DNA of 64,000 nucleotides, from the IMG/VR virus record IMGVR_UViG_3300028887_000085, positions 1-64,000 of that record. One strand, written 5' to 3'. The translations under genes were made by a program, and so were the position numbers. The notes under the pieces are model-generated. The model was not told the origin of the DNA, ran no database searches, and saw only the letters and a program-made list of their open reading frames with translations. Positions 1 through 8,507 of this stretch are shown here, one piece after another; position 1 is the first letter of the stretch; each line of letters starts with the position of its first letter. Source of the DNA: a virus. Its lineage: Duplodnaviria; Caudoviricetes.

Positions 1-730
1 GGAGATCCGCCTGGGGGACCGGACGCTGTGGGCCGCGACCAACCCCTCCATGGGCCTGCATCTGTCGGAGGAGTTCACGGCGGAGGAACTGAAGAGCATG
101 GCAGCGGACGGCTTTGCCCGGGAGCGGCTGGGCTGGTGGACGCCGCGGGAGGAACACAAGCTGGACCTGGCGATCCCCGCCGAAACCTGGGACGCCTGCA
201 GCTCGGCGGAAGGGAAGCCGGAGGGCAAGACGGCCTTCGGGGTGAAGTTCACCCAGGACGGCGCGGAAGTCTGCCTCTGCGGCGCAGTGATCCCGGCGGA
301 GGGAAAAGCGCGGATCACCCTCATTGCCCGGCAGCCCACGGGGATGGGGACCGGCTGGCTGGCCGACTGGCTGAACCAGCGGTACAGCTCCGCCAGCTGC
401 GTCGTCATCGACGGGCGCAACGGCGCCGACGTGCTGACGGACAAGCTCACGGCAGTCTGGAAGGTCAAGGGAAGCGTGGTAAGGCCAAACGGGAAAGAGG
501 TCTGCGCGGCGGCCAGCACGCTGCTGGACGCCCTGCAGGAGCAGACGGTGACCTGGTTCACAGGTCAGCCGGAGCTAAGGGAGAGCGCAGTCAGCGCCAT
601 CCGGCGGCCCATCAGCGGCGGATGGGGCTTCGGCGGCGAAAACAGCGCCCCCATCGAGGCGGCGGCGCTGGCCCTGTGGGGCGCGAAGACCTGCAGGCGG
701 GACCCGGCAAAGCAAATGCGCATCGGATAG
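1..730 (+). CDS. terL: Terminase large subunit, C-terminal part (5' truncated)
   Basis: Frame open from position 2 (LWAATNPSMG...FARERLGWW...PIEAAALALWG); directly upstream of the portal. Confidence 0.85.
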   Translation, partial: EIRLGDRTLWAATNPSMGLHLSEEFTAEELKSMAADGFARERLGWWTPREEHKLDLAIPAETWDACSSAEGKPEGKTAFGVKFTQDGAEVCLCGAVIPAEGKARITLIARQPTGMGTGWLADWLNQRYSSASCVVIDGRNGADVLTDKLTAVWKVKGSVVRPNGKEVCAAASTLLDALQEQTVTWFTGQPELRESAVSAIRRPISGGWGFGGENSAPIEAAALALWGAKTCRRDPAKQMRIG

Positions 731-736
731 GAGAGA

Positions 737-2140
737 ATGACAATGCCTCTGGATATGGACGTTTCCAAAATCGCCGGACTCACGGAGCGGGAGCAGGAGC
801 AGATGAAAAGGCTGCTGCAGATCTACCGGGACCACGTCTCCAAAAACAAGGAGAAGGACCGATATTACGAGGGCAGGATCAGCCTGGGAGAGGTCAACCT
901 CGGGATCGCCCTGCCGGACGGGATGAAGGGCCTGGAGATCGGCTGCAGCTGGGGCGCCAAATGCGTGGACGTGCTGGCGGCCCGGAGCATGTTCGACGGC
1001 TTTGTAGGCGTGCAGGGGGAGACCGTGGCGGAGCTGGACCGGATCGTCCAGGGAAACGACCTGATCGCCGCCTACATGCCGGCGGCGCGGGACGAACTGA
1101 AATTCGGCTGCACCTTCGCCACCATCAGCGCCGACAAGGAGATCGGCTGCAAGATCCGCTTCCACTCCCCGCAGACGGCAGCGGCCGCCTGGGACGGGGA
1201 GAAGGGGAGGATCGACTGCGGCTTTGCCATCATCGACACGGCACCGAAGAATTCCATGAATCCCGAGCGGGCGCCCAGCCTGGTGAACTTCTACACGGAG
1301 GACGCCGTGATCGTGCTGCGGCGCATCGGAAGCGAATGGACGGCGGAGAAGTTCGGACACCGGATGGGCCGCCCCCTGATGGAGCCCCTGATCTGGAACG
1401 CCACCAGCAACAAGCCCTTCGGCCGGAGCCGGATCAAGGAGCCGGTGCGGCGGCTGATCCAGGGATATGTCCGTACCATCGCCAACGCCACCATCGGCCT
1501 GGAGTTCGCCACCAGCCCCCAGAAGTATCTGCTGGGGGTGACGGACGAACAGTACGATAAGCTCATCAATCAGAAATTCCGGCAGTACGTGGGGAGCATC
1601 CTTGCCAGCACCACGAACCCGGAGACGGGGGAAAAGCCCAGCTTCGGCCAGCTGACCCAGGGAAACATCTCCCCGCATGTGGAGATGGTGCGGGTGCTGG
1701 CGACGCAGTTCAGCGCCGCCACGGGCCTCAGCGTGACGGATACCGGCGTGGTGAACGACGCGAACCCCACCGGCGCCGACGCGATCCTCGCCCAGGATCG
1801 GACGATGGTGGGCATGGCGGAGCAGCTGAATACCGGGAACGGGAACAGCCTGCGGACCATCGCCATCATGGCCCTGGCCATCGCCAAAAACGTCACGCCC
1901 GGTGAACTGACGGAGCAGGAAAAGGACATCGTGGCCCACTTCAAGAATCCTGCCATGCCCAGCGTGGCCGTGACGGCGGACGCCGCCATCAAGATCGCAT
2001 CCTCCCGGCCCACCTTCGCCCAGACAGACACCTTCCTGGAGATGATCGGCTTCGACCAGGCGGATATCCGCCGGATCAAGGCCCAGGAGCTGCGGGCGCG
2101 GGGCCTGGCCGTGCTGGAGGAGCTGGAGGCTGAGGCGTGA
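737..2140 (+). CDS. Portal protein (SPP1 gp6-like)
   Basis: 467 aa after terL; YYEG, PFGRSRI and PQKYLLG motifs. Confidence 0.85.
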   Translation: MTMPLDMDVSKIAGLTEREQEQMKRLLQIYRDHVSKNKEKDRYYEGRISLGEVNLGIALPDGMKGLEIGCSWGAKCVDVLAARSMFDGFVGVQGETVAELDRIVQGNDLIAAYMPAARDELKFGCTFATISADKEIGCKIRFHSPQTAAAAWDGEKGRIDCGFAIIDTAPKNSMNPERAPSLVNFYTEDAVIVLRRIGSEWTAEKFGHRMGRPLMEPLIWNATSNKPFGRSRIKEPVRRLIQGYVRTIANATIGLEFATSPQKYLLGVTDEQYDKLINQKFRQYVGSILASTTNPETGEKPSFGQLTQGNISPHVEMVRVLATQFSAATGLSVTDTGVVNDANPTGADAILAQDRTMVGMAEQLNTGNGNSLRTIAIMALAIAKNVTPGELTEQEKDIVAHFKNPAMPSVAVTADAAIKIASSRPTFAQTDTFLEMIGFDQADIRRIKAQELRARGLAVLEELEAEA

Positions 2141-2898
2141 GCGTGACCATATCGGCAAAGGACTGGGACGCCTATATCCGGAGACTTTCGGCGCTGAATG
2201 AAAAGGCGGCGGAAGAGATGCGTGATTTCGTCAGCGAACACGGCTTCGCCGACATGAACGCCCTGATCGATTACGCCTACGCCCTGGCAACGAAATACGG
2301 GGAAGGGGCTGCGGCCCTGTCCGCCGCCATGTACGACGCTGTGGCAGAACTGAGCGGGAAGCTGTTCGACCCGGCTGTGCCGGCGGAGACGGCCAGCTAT
2401 TCCCAGGTGGCGAAGACGGTGCAGGGCGTGGCCAAGACCTCCCGGAATCCGGAGGAGATGGGCTCCGCCGTGGGACGGCTGGTAAAGCAGGCCGGGGCGG
2501 ACACCACCCTTCAGAATGCACTCCGGGACGGGGCGGAGTTCGCCTGGGTGCCCTCCGGCGACACCTGCGCCTTCTGCATCACCCTGGCAAGCCGGGGGTG
2601 GCAGCGGGCCAGCCAGAAGGCCATCAAGGGCGGCCACGCGGAGCACATTCACAGCAATTGCGACTGCACATACGCCATCCGCTTCGATGGGAAAGGCGGC
2701 GTGGCGGGGTACGACCCGAAACGCTATCTGAGCATGTACGAATCCGCCGAAGGGAATACGCCGAAAGAGAAAATCAACGCCATGCGGCGGGATTTCTACG
2801 CCGAAAACAAGGAAGAGATCAACGCCCAAAAGCGCAGCGCCTATGAGAAGCGGCAGGAGCTGAACAGCTCCGCAGCGGAGGAGATCAATACGGAATGA
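2137..2898 (+). CDS. Head morphogenesis / capsid maturation (MuF-like) protein
   Basis: TCAFCITLASRG and HSNCDC motifs; follows the portal. Confidence 0.75.
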   Translation: MSVTISAKDWDAYIRRLSALNEKAAEEMRDFVSEHGFADMNALIDYAYALATKYGEGAAALSAAMYDAVAELSGKLFDPAVPAETASYSQVAKTVQGVAKTSRNPEEMGSAVGRLVKQAGADTTLQNALRDGAEFAWVPSGDTCAFCITLASRGWQRASQKAIKGGHAEHIHSNCDCTYAIRFDGKGGVAGYDPKRYLSMYESAEGNTPKEKINAMRRDFYAENKEEINAQKRSAYEKRQELNSSAAEEINTE

Positions 2899-3392
2899 GT
2901 TCATACGCTTACGGAAAAGACGAGGTGTGCGACTGGGTGCGGCTGCGCTTCCCGACCGGGGCGACGGTGCTGGACGTGGGCGCCTGCGACGGGAACTGGC
3001 GGCGGCTGCTGCCGGAATACCGGAACATGGACGCGGTGGAGGCCTTCGGGCCGAATCTGAGCCGGCTGAGCGGGTATCGGCAGGTGTTTCACGCGGATAT
3101 CCGGGATTTCACATACGAACACTATGACCTGATCATCTTCGGCGACGTCATCGAGCATCTGACGGTGGAGCAGGCGCAGGACGTGCTGGCATACGCGAAA
3201 CCCCGCTGCCGGGACATGATCGTGGCGGTGCCGTTCCGGTACAAGCAGGGCGCGATCTACGGCAATCCCTACGAGGTCCACATCCAGGACGACCTGACGC
3301 CGGAAAACTTCGAGGAGCGTTATCCGGGCTTCGCGGTGCTCTGCGATCCGGGACACGATTACCGCTATTACCACAAAGGAGACAGAGAATGA
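2895..3392 (+). CDS. Class I SAM-dependent methyltransferase
   Basis: VLDVGACDG (motif I), YDLIIFGDVIEHL. Confidence 0.75.
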   Translation: MSSYAYGKDEVCDWVRLRFPTGATVLDVGACDGNWRRLLPEYRNMDAVEAFGPNLSRLSGYRQVFHADIRDFTYEHYDLIIFGDVIEHLTVEQAQDVLAYAKPRCRDMIVAVPFRYKQGAIYGNPYEVHIQDDLTPENFEERYPGFAVLCDPGHDYRYYHKGDRE

Positions 3393-4048
3393 AGGTGCTG
3401 ATCCATGCCTGCCCGAAGCGGATGTGGTATGTGGAGGGCTTCCTCGTGCCGGAGCTGGAGCGCCAGGGCGCCGACAAGATCGAGGTCTGGAACGACACCG
3501 AAGGGAAGGGCAATCTCCGGGCCTGCATGGAGGCCTTCGCGGCGCAAAGCGGCGAGGACGGGACCTGGCACATCCAGGACGACGTCCTCCTCTGCCGGGA
3601 TTTCGTGGAGCGCTGCCGGCAGCACGACGAGGGCGTTGTCTACGGCTTCTGTAACGAAGCCTTCACCGACGACCCGCTGCAGACCGGGCACGTCAACGTG
3701 GAGGACGCCTGGCACAGCTTCCAGTGCGTCCGGATCCCGGATGCCTACGCCCGGGAGTGCGCGGCCTGGCTGGAGGGCCCCGGAAAGACCAGCGGGATGT
3801 ATTCCATCTGGATCCAGTCCGGGAAGATGGATGACGACGTCTTCCGCACCTTCCTGATCGACCGGCACGGGCGGGAGAACGTCCTGAACCTGAAGCCGAA
3901 CCTGGTGGAACACGTGGACTGGATCGTGGGCGGAAGCGTCCTGCATCCGTGGCGCGGCTATATCGCCAGGGCGCACTTCTGGGACGACGAAGACCTTGTC
4001 CGGGAGCTGAAGGAGGCCGTGAAGGGCAAGGTACAGTATGCCTATTAA
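3389..4048 (+). CDS. Putative glycosyltransferase-like protein (GT-A fold)
   Basis: WHIQDDVLLC (DxD-like) and PNLVEH motifs; translationally coupled to the methyltransferase. Confidence 0.5.
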   Translation: MKVLIHACPKRMWYVEGFLVPELERQGADKIEVWNDTEGKGNLRACMEAFAAQSGEDGTWHIQDDVLLCRDFVERCRQHDEGVVYGFCNEAFTDDPLQTGHVNVEDAWHSFQCVRIPDAYARECAAWLEGPGKTSGMYSIWIQSGKMDDDVFRTFLIDRHGRENVLNLKPNLVEHVDWIVGGSVLHPWRGYIARAHFWDDEDLVRELKEAVKGKVQYAY

Positions 4049-4316
4049 AGGCAATACCGCACAATTCACGGCACACATCTTGCTTGCATAATGTTCCGTC
4101 ATATCGTCCAAAAATCCTCGGGAATACAGTAAGTATTCCCTGCGGTTTTAGGCCAATCTGACGAAAATTCTGACTGCGCAATCTGTGCACCAGAATTATA
4201 CGGTATTCCCTTAGATTTCTCGCCGCAAGGCCTGAAATAAACATGTCGGCGGACGTAAAAGCGCAGCGGCAGGAGATGCGACCTCGTAGAAAAGCGTAGC
4301 CGGGAAAGGACTGAGC

Positions 4317-4799
4317 ATGAAACGCGAACAGATCACCGAACTTTTCCCCCAGGCCACCAAGGAGCAGATCGACAAGCTCATGGACCTGAACGGCGCGGAC
4401 ATCAACAGCGCCAAGGGGGAGCTTGACACCCTCAAAGGCCAGCTGACCACGGCGCAGGGCGAGCTGAAGAAGCTCAAGGAAAGCGCCGGCGGGCAGCCGG
4501 ACAAGCTGAAGGAAGCCACGGAGGCCATCACGGCGCTGCAGACCGAGCTGGCCGCCATGAAGCAGGCGGAGACCCTGAGGGTCATGCGGGAGAAGGTCTC
4601 CGGAGAGAAGAAGATCCCCGCCAGCCTGCTTACCGGGGAAACGGAGGAAGCCTGCAATGCTCAGGCCGACGCCATCCTCGCCTTCGCCAAAAGCGGCAGC
4701 GGCAACTATCCCGCGGTCCGTGACGGCGGGGAGGCGAACCATTCGACACAGCTCAAGACCCGCGATCAGTTCGCGGAATGGGCGGAAAAACAACTCTAA
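4317..4799 (+). CDS. Capsid scaffolding protein
   Basis: Coiled-coil, 160 aa, IPASLLTGETEE; directly before the capsid gene. Confidence 0.75.
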   Translation: MKREQITELFPQATKEQIDKLMDLNGADINSAKGELDTLKGQLTTAQGELKKLKESAGGQPDKLKEATEAITALQTELAAMKQAETLRVMREKVSGEKKIPASLLTGETEEACNAQADAILAFAKSGSGNYPAVRDGGEANHSTQLKTRDQFAEWAEKQL

Positions 4800-4816
4800 A
4801 CTTAGGAGGAATCACC

Positions 4817-5725
4817 ATGAGCGGAATCTCTACCAATCGCACCGCTATCACCCTGCCCACCGAAGTGGCGCAGGAGATCCTGCAGAAGACCCAGGAGGGC
4901 AGCGCTATCATGAAACTGGCCCAGCGGCAGGAGCTGCCCGGGCGAGGGCTGACCATCCCAACCATCACCGGCGACCCGGAGGCCAACTGGGTGGACGAGA
5001 CCAACGTCAAGCCGGCCAGCAATCCCAGCGTCGGCACGAAGAACATGAAGGGCTATACCCTGGCGGTCATCATGCCCTTCTCCAATCAGTTCCGGCGTGA
5101 TCTCCGGGCGCTGTACGACGCCATCGTCCAGCGGATTCCCGGCACGCTGGGCCTGAAATTCGACAAGACCATCATCGGCACTTCCGCCCCCGGCAGCGGC
5201 TTCGACGTGCTGGGCTCCTGCACCGTGCAGAGCATCCTGCCTTCCGGCGGGCATACCGCCTATAAGGGCCTTGTGGCCGCTTGGAGCGACATCGCGGGCC
5301 ACAACGGCGCCCTCAACGGCTTCGCCCTGTCCCCCGCCGCGGAGGGTATCCTCCTGGATTCGGTGGACACCACGGGCCGCCCCATCTTCACCGGGGCCGT
5401 GAGCGAGAGCAACGTGAGCCCCATCCTGGGGGCCAGGGTCACCCGCGGCCGCGGCGTCTACAAGGCCGGCAGCGCGGCGGCAGCTTCTTCCGCCGGCAGC
5501 CCCGCCATCGTGGGCATCGCGGGCGACTGGACGCAGGCCAGATACGGCATCGTGGACGGCGACGTGAAGATCGATATCTCCGACCAGGCCACCCTGACCG
5601 TCGGCAGCGAGACCATCAATCTGTGGGAGCGCAATATGTTCGCCGTGCGGGCCGAGATCGAGGTGGGCTTCATCGCCGACACCTACTGCTTCAACCTGCT
5701 CAGCGGCGCCACGCCGGAAGCCTGA
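4817..5725 (+). CDS. Major capsid protein (HK97 fold)
   Basis: RBS AGGAGG before ATG 4817; ANWVDE and NLWERNMFAVRAEIEVGF. Confidence 0.9.
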   Translation: MSGISTNRTAITLPTEVAQEILQKTQEGSAIMKLAQRQELPGRGLTIPTITGDPEANWVDETNVKPASNPSVGTKNMKGYTLAVIMPFSNQFRRDLRALYDAIVQRIPGTLGLKFDKTIIGTSAPGSGFDVLGSCTVQSILPSGGHTAYKGLVAAWSDIAGHNGALNGFALSPAAEGILLDSVDTTGRPIFTGAVSESNVSPILGARVTRGRGVYKAGSAAAASSAGSPAIVGIAGDWTQARYGIVDGDVKIDISDQATLTVGSETINLWERNMFAVRAEIEVGFIADTYCFNLLSGATPEA

Positions 5726-5961
5726 TGATCAAGCTGATCCGGGGCGATTCCGGCGGGGAGATGTGGGTGCATGAAAGCCGGCTGGACGAATACCTTGCGG
5801 CGGGTCACAAGCTCGCCGCACCGCCTCGTCCTTATTCGCCAAAGAGAGAAGCTGCGGCGGAGGGAGCCCCTCATCAGTCGCCTATGGCGACAGCTTCCCC
5901 CAGGGGAAGCCGGGACGGGGGCGCTGCGGCGAAGAGAAAGAAAACCACGAAAGCGAAGTGA
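5725..5961 (+). CDS. Small head-associated protein containing an in-frame palindromic insert
   Basis: ATG overlaps the capsid stop; MIKLIRGDSGGEMWVHESRLDEYLAAGH...KRKKTTKAK. Confidence 0.6.
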   Translation: MIKLIRGDSGGEMWVHESRLDEYLAAGHKLAAPPRPYSPKREAAAEGAPHQSPMATASPRGSRDGGAAAKRKKTTKAK

Positions 5962-5967
5962 TCAAAA

Positions 5968-6366
5968 ATGGCTGCCTATGCAACCGTGAGCGACGTCCAG
6001 GGCTATATGCTGCGGACCATGAGCGCCGCCGAGCAGACCGTCTGCGGAAACCTGCTCGGCCAGGCCGGGGTCATCATTGACGCTTACAACGCCGGCGCGT
6101 CCGACGAAGCGAAAAAAGAGGTCTCCTGCCGGATGGTGATCCGGGCCCTGGGGGACGGGGAAAGCACCGGCGTACCCCTGGGGGCTTCTCAGGGGAGCAT
6201 GACCGCGCTGGGCTATACCCAGAGCTGGACCATGGGCAGCGGCGGCGCCGCCGGGGAAATGTACCTCGGGCGGCTGGAAAAGAAGCTGCTGGGCGTGGGG
6301 GACAACATCGGAAGCTACAGCCCCGTGCAGGAGCTGGCCCCGCAGCCGACGGAGGCACCGACATGA
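5968..6366 (+). CDS. Head-tail adaptor
   Basis: AYATVSDV N-terminus, VSCRMVIRAL; synteny. Confidence 0.7.
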   Translation: MAAYATVSDVQGYMLRTMSAAEQTVCGNLLGQAGVIIDAYNAGASDEAKKEVSCRMVIRALGDGESTGVPLGASQGSMTALGYTQSWTMGSGGAAGEMYLGRLEKKLLGVGDNIGSYSPVQELAPQPTEAPT

Positions 6367-6707
6367 GGGGGATCACCGTCACGCTTTACACGAAGACGGC
6401 GGACAGCACCGACCCCTTCGGCGCGCCTGTGTATACCGAGACGGCGGTGACCGTGGACAACGTGCTGGTGGGGCAGCCCGACACGGATGACATCACAAGC
6501 AGCACCGACCTCTACGGCAAGCGGATCGACTACATGCTGGGGATCCCCAAGGGGGACACCCACGACTGGACGGACAAGCGGGTGGAATGGACCGACGCCT
6601 ACGGACGGACGGTGAAGTGCGAGACCTTCGGCTTCCCCATAACCGGTGTGGAGCATCTGGTGCCCACACCCTGGCACATGAAGGTGAGGTGCTGCCGGAT
6701 TGAGTAA
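6363..6707 (+). CDS. Head closure / stopper protein
   Basis: DPFGAPVY...VDNVLV motif; synteny. Confidence 0.65.
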   Translation: MRGITVTLYTKTADSTDPFGAPVYTETAVTVDNVLVGQPDTDDITSSTDLYGKRIDYMLGIPKGDTHDWTDKRVEWTDAYGRTVKCETFGFPITGVEHLVPTPWHMKVRCCRIE

Positions 6708-6936
6708 GGTCAGGATCGAGCTCAATTCTCCCGGCATCCGGGAGCTGCTGCGCTCCGGCGAGATGCAGGAGCTTCTGGGAGAAAAGGCGGCGGAGATCGC
6801 CGGGCGCTGCGGCGCGGGCTATTCCAGCGACACATATCTCACCGGCGGCCGGGCCGTGGCCTCCGCCTTCGCGGAGAGCCAGAAAGCCATCCGGGACAAC
6901 CTGGACAACAACACCCTTTTGAGGAGCCTGACATGA
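6700..6936 (+). CDS. Neck / tail completion protein
   Basis: LNSPGIRELLRS...NNTLLRSL; synteny. Confidence 0.6.
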   Translation: MSKVRIELNSPGIRELLRSGEMQELLGEKAAEIAGRCGAGYSSDTYLTGGRAVASAFAESQKAIRDNLDNNTLLRSLT

Positions 6937-7283
6937 TCGAGACAATCATCCTGGACCATCTGACAAGCGGCGGCGTCACAGCCTATATGGAGATCCCGGA
7001 GGGCGGCGGCACGCCGCCCTTCTGCGTCATAGAGCGTACCGGCGGGGGAGAGGAGAACCATCTCCGGCACGCCACGGTGGCGATCCAGAGCTACGGCGCA
7101 TCCCTTTACCTCGCGGCGGAGCTGAACCAGACGATCATCAAACTCATGGACGGCATCGCCGAAGGGGGCACGGTCTCCAGCTGCAGGCTCAACAGCGATT
7201 ACAATTTCACGGACACGACGAAGAAGAAATACCGCTATCAGGCGGTGTTCGATCTCGTCTACTACGATCAGGAGGACAACTGA
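6933..7283 (+). CDS. Tail terminator protein
   Basis: VIERTGG...RYQAVFDL; precedes the major tail gene. Confidence 0.65.
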   Translation: MIETIILDHLTSGGVTAYMEIPEGGGTPPFCVIERTGGGEENHLRHATVAIQSYGASLYLAAELNQTIIKLMDGIAEGGTVSSCRLNSDYNFTDTTKKKYRYQAVFDLVYYDQEDN

Positions 7284-7285
7284 TT

Positions 7286-7849
7286 ATGGGAAACAACAAA
7301 TCCAACGTCTCCGCCGGGAAGCCCAAGATCGGCGGGGCCGTCAACCGGGCGCCGAAGGGGACCGCGGCCCCCACCAGCGCCGTGGCCACCCTGGGCGCCG
7401 CCTTCAAGGAGATGGGGTACATCTCCAGCGACGGCCTGACCAACGCCAACAACGCCAGCACCAGCAACATCAAGGCCTGGGGCGGCGACACCGTGCTGGT
7501 TGTGCAGACCGACAAGACGGACACCCTGGCCTTCACGCTGCTGGAGGTGCTGAACACGGACGTGCTGGCCGCCGTCCACGGCAGCGGCAACGTCAGCGGC
7601 GCGCTGGCCACGGGCATCACCGTGGAGGTCAACGCCGACCTGCAGGAGGAGGCGGTCTGGGTCATCGACATGGTCCTGAACGGCAACGTGGCCAAGCGGA
7701 TCGTGGCGCCCAGCGCGGTGATCTCCGCCATGGCGGACGTGGTCTATAAGGACGACAGCGCCATCGGCTACGGCGTGACCCTCACCTGCCTGCCCGACAG
7801 CTCGGACAACACGCACTACGAGTACATCAAGGCGGCGACAACGACCTGA
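7286..7849 (+). CDS. Major tail tube protein
   Basis: NVSAGKPKIGGA, GYISSDGL, IKAWGGDTV. Confidence 0.85.
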   Translation: MGNNKSNVSAGKPKIGGAVNRAPKGTAAPTSAVATLGAAFKEMGYISSDGLTNANNASTSNIKAWGGDTVLVVQTDKTDTLAFTLLEVLNTDVLAAVHGSGNVSGALATGITVEVNADLQEEAVWVIDMVLNGNVAKRIVAPSAVISAMADVVYKDDSAIGYGVTLTCLPDSSDNTHYEYIKAATTT

Positions 7850-7860
7850 GGAGGCGGACA

Positions 7861-8124
7861 ATGATCAAGGGCAAAACGCGCAGCGGCTTCGAGTTCGAGG
7901 TCGCCGAGGACATCGCCAACGACATGGAGCTTTTTGAGGCCCTGTGCGACTGGGACGCCGGGGACGCCAAGGCCGTCGTCCCGGTGTGCCGGATCGTGCT
8001 GGGGGAGCAGAAAAAGGCCCTGTACGACCACCTGAAGGCCATCCACGGGCGGGCGCCCATGGACAAGGTCGCGGAGGAGATCGAGGACATCTTCACCGCG
8101 CTGAAAGAAGGAAAAAAATCTTAG
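7861..8124 (+). CDS. Tail assembly chaperone (gpG-like)
   Basis: Between tail tube and tape measure; ends GGA AAA AAA TCT TAG. Confidence 0.75.
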   Translation: MIKGKTRSGFEFEVAEDIANDMELFEALCDWDAGDAKAVVPVCRIVLGEQKKALYDHLKAIHGRAPMDKVAEEIEDIFTALKEGKKS

Positions 8125-8507
8125 CCCTTGCGCACGTCGCAAACGCCCTCCCTGACGAGCTCGCCTGTGATATGGCGGAGACCTACGGCGTTTTCGACTG
8201 GCGTGGCCTGCCGATCGTCACGGCGGCCACGCTGGCGCAAGGGCTTCCGGCATCTTCCCGCACCGTGCGGGCGCTGAGCGGGACAACCTGCGCGGATCCG
8301 GAGACGCTGCTCCTGGCGGTGATCGCGGACCGGCTGGGACACCTGGCATGGATGTTCTCCGAGGACGGTGCGAGCGGGCAGAATCATCCGCCCTCCCTCC
8401 TGGCGGCCATGACCGGCGCGGAGGCGGAGGACGGCGGCGGGTACGACAGCGGGGAGGACTTTCTGGCGGCGTGGGCCGCCATCACGGGAGGTGAAAACGA
8501 TGCCTGA
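8112..8507 (+). CDS. Tail assembly chaperone -1 frameshift extension (gpGT-like)
   Basis: Slippery heptamer A AAA AAA at 8112-8118; -1 frame open to 8507 (LACDMAETYG). Confidence 0.7.
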   Translation, partial: KKILALAHVANALPDELACDMAETYGVFDWRGLPIVTAATLAQGLPASSRTVRALSGTTCADPETLLLAVIADRLGHLAWMFSEDGASGQNHPPSLLAAMTGAEAEDGGGYDSGEDFLAAWAAITGGENDA

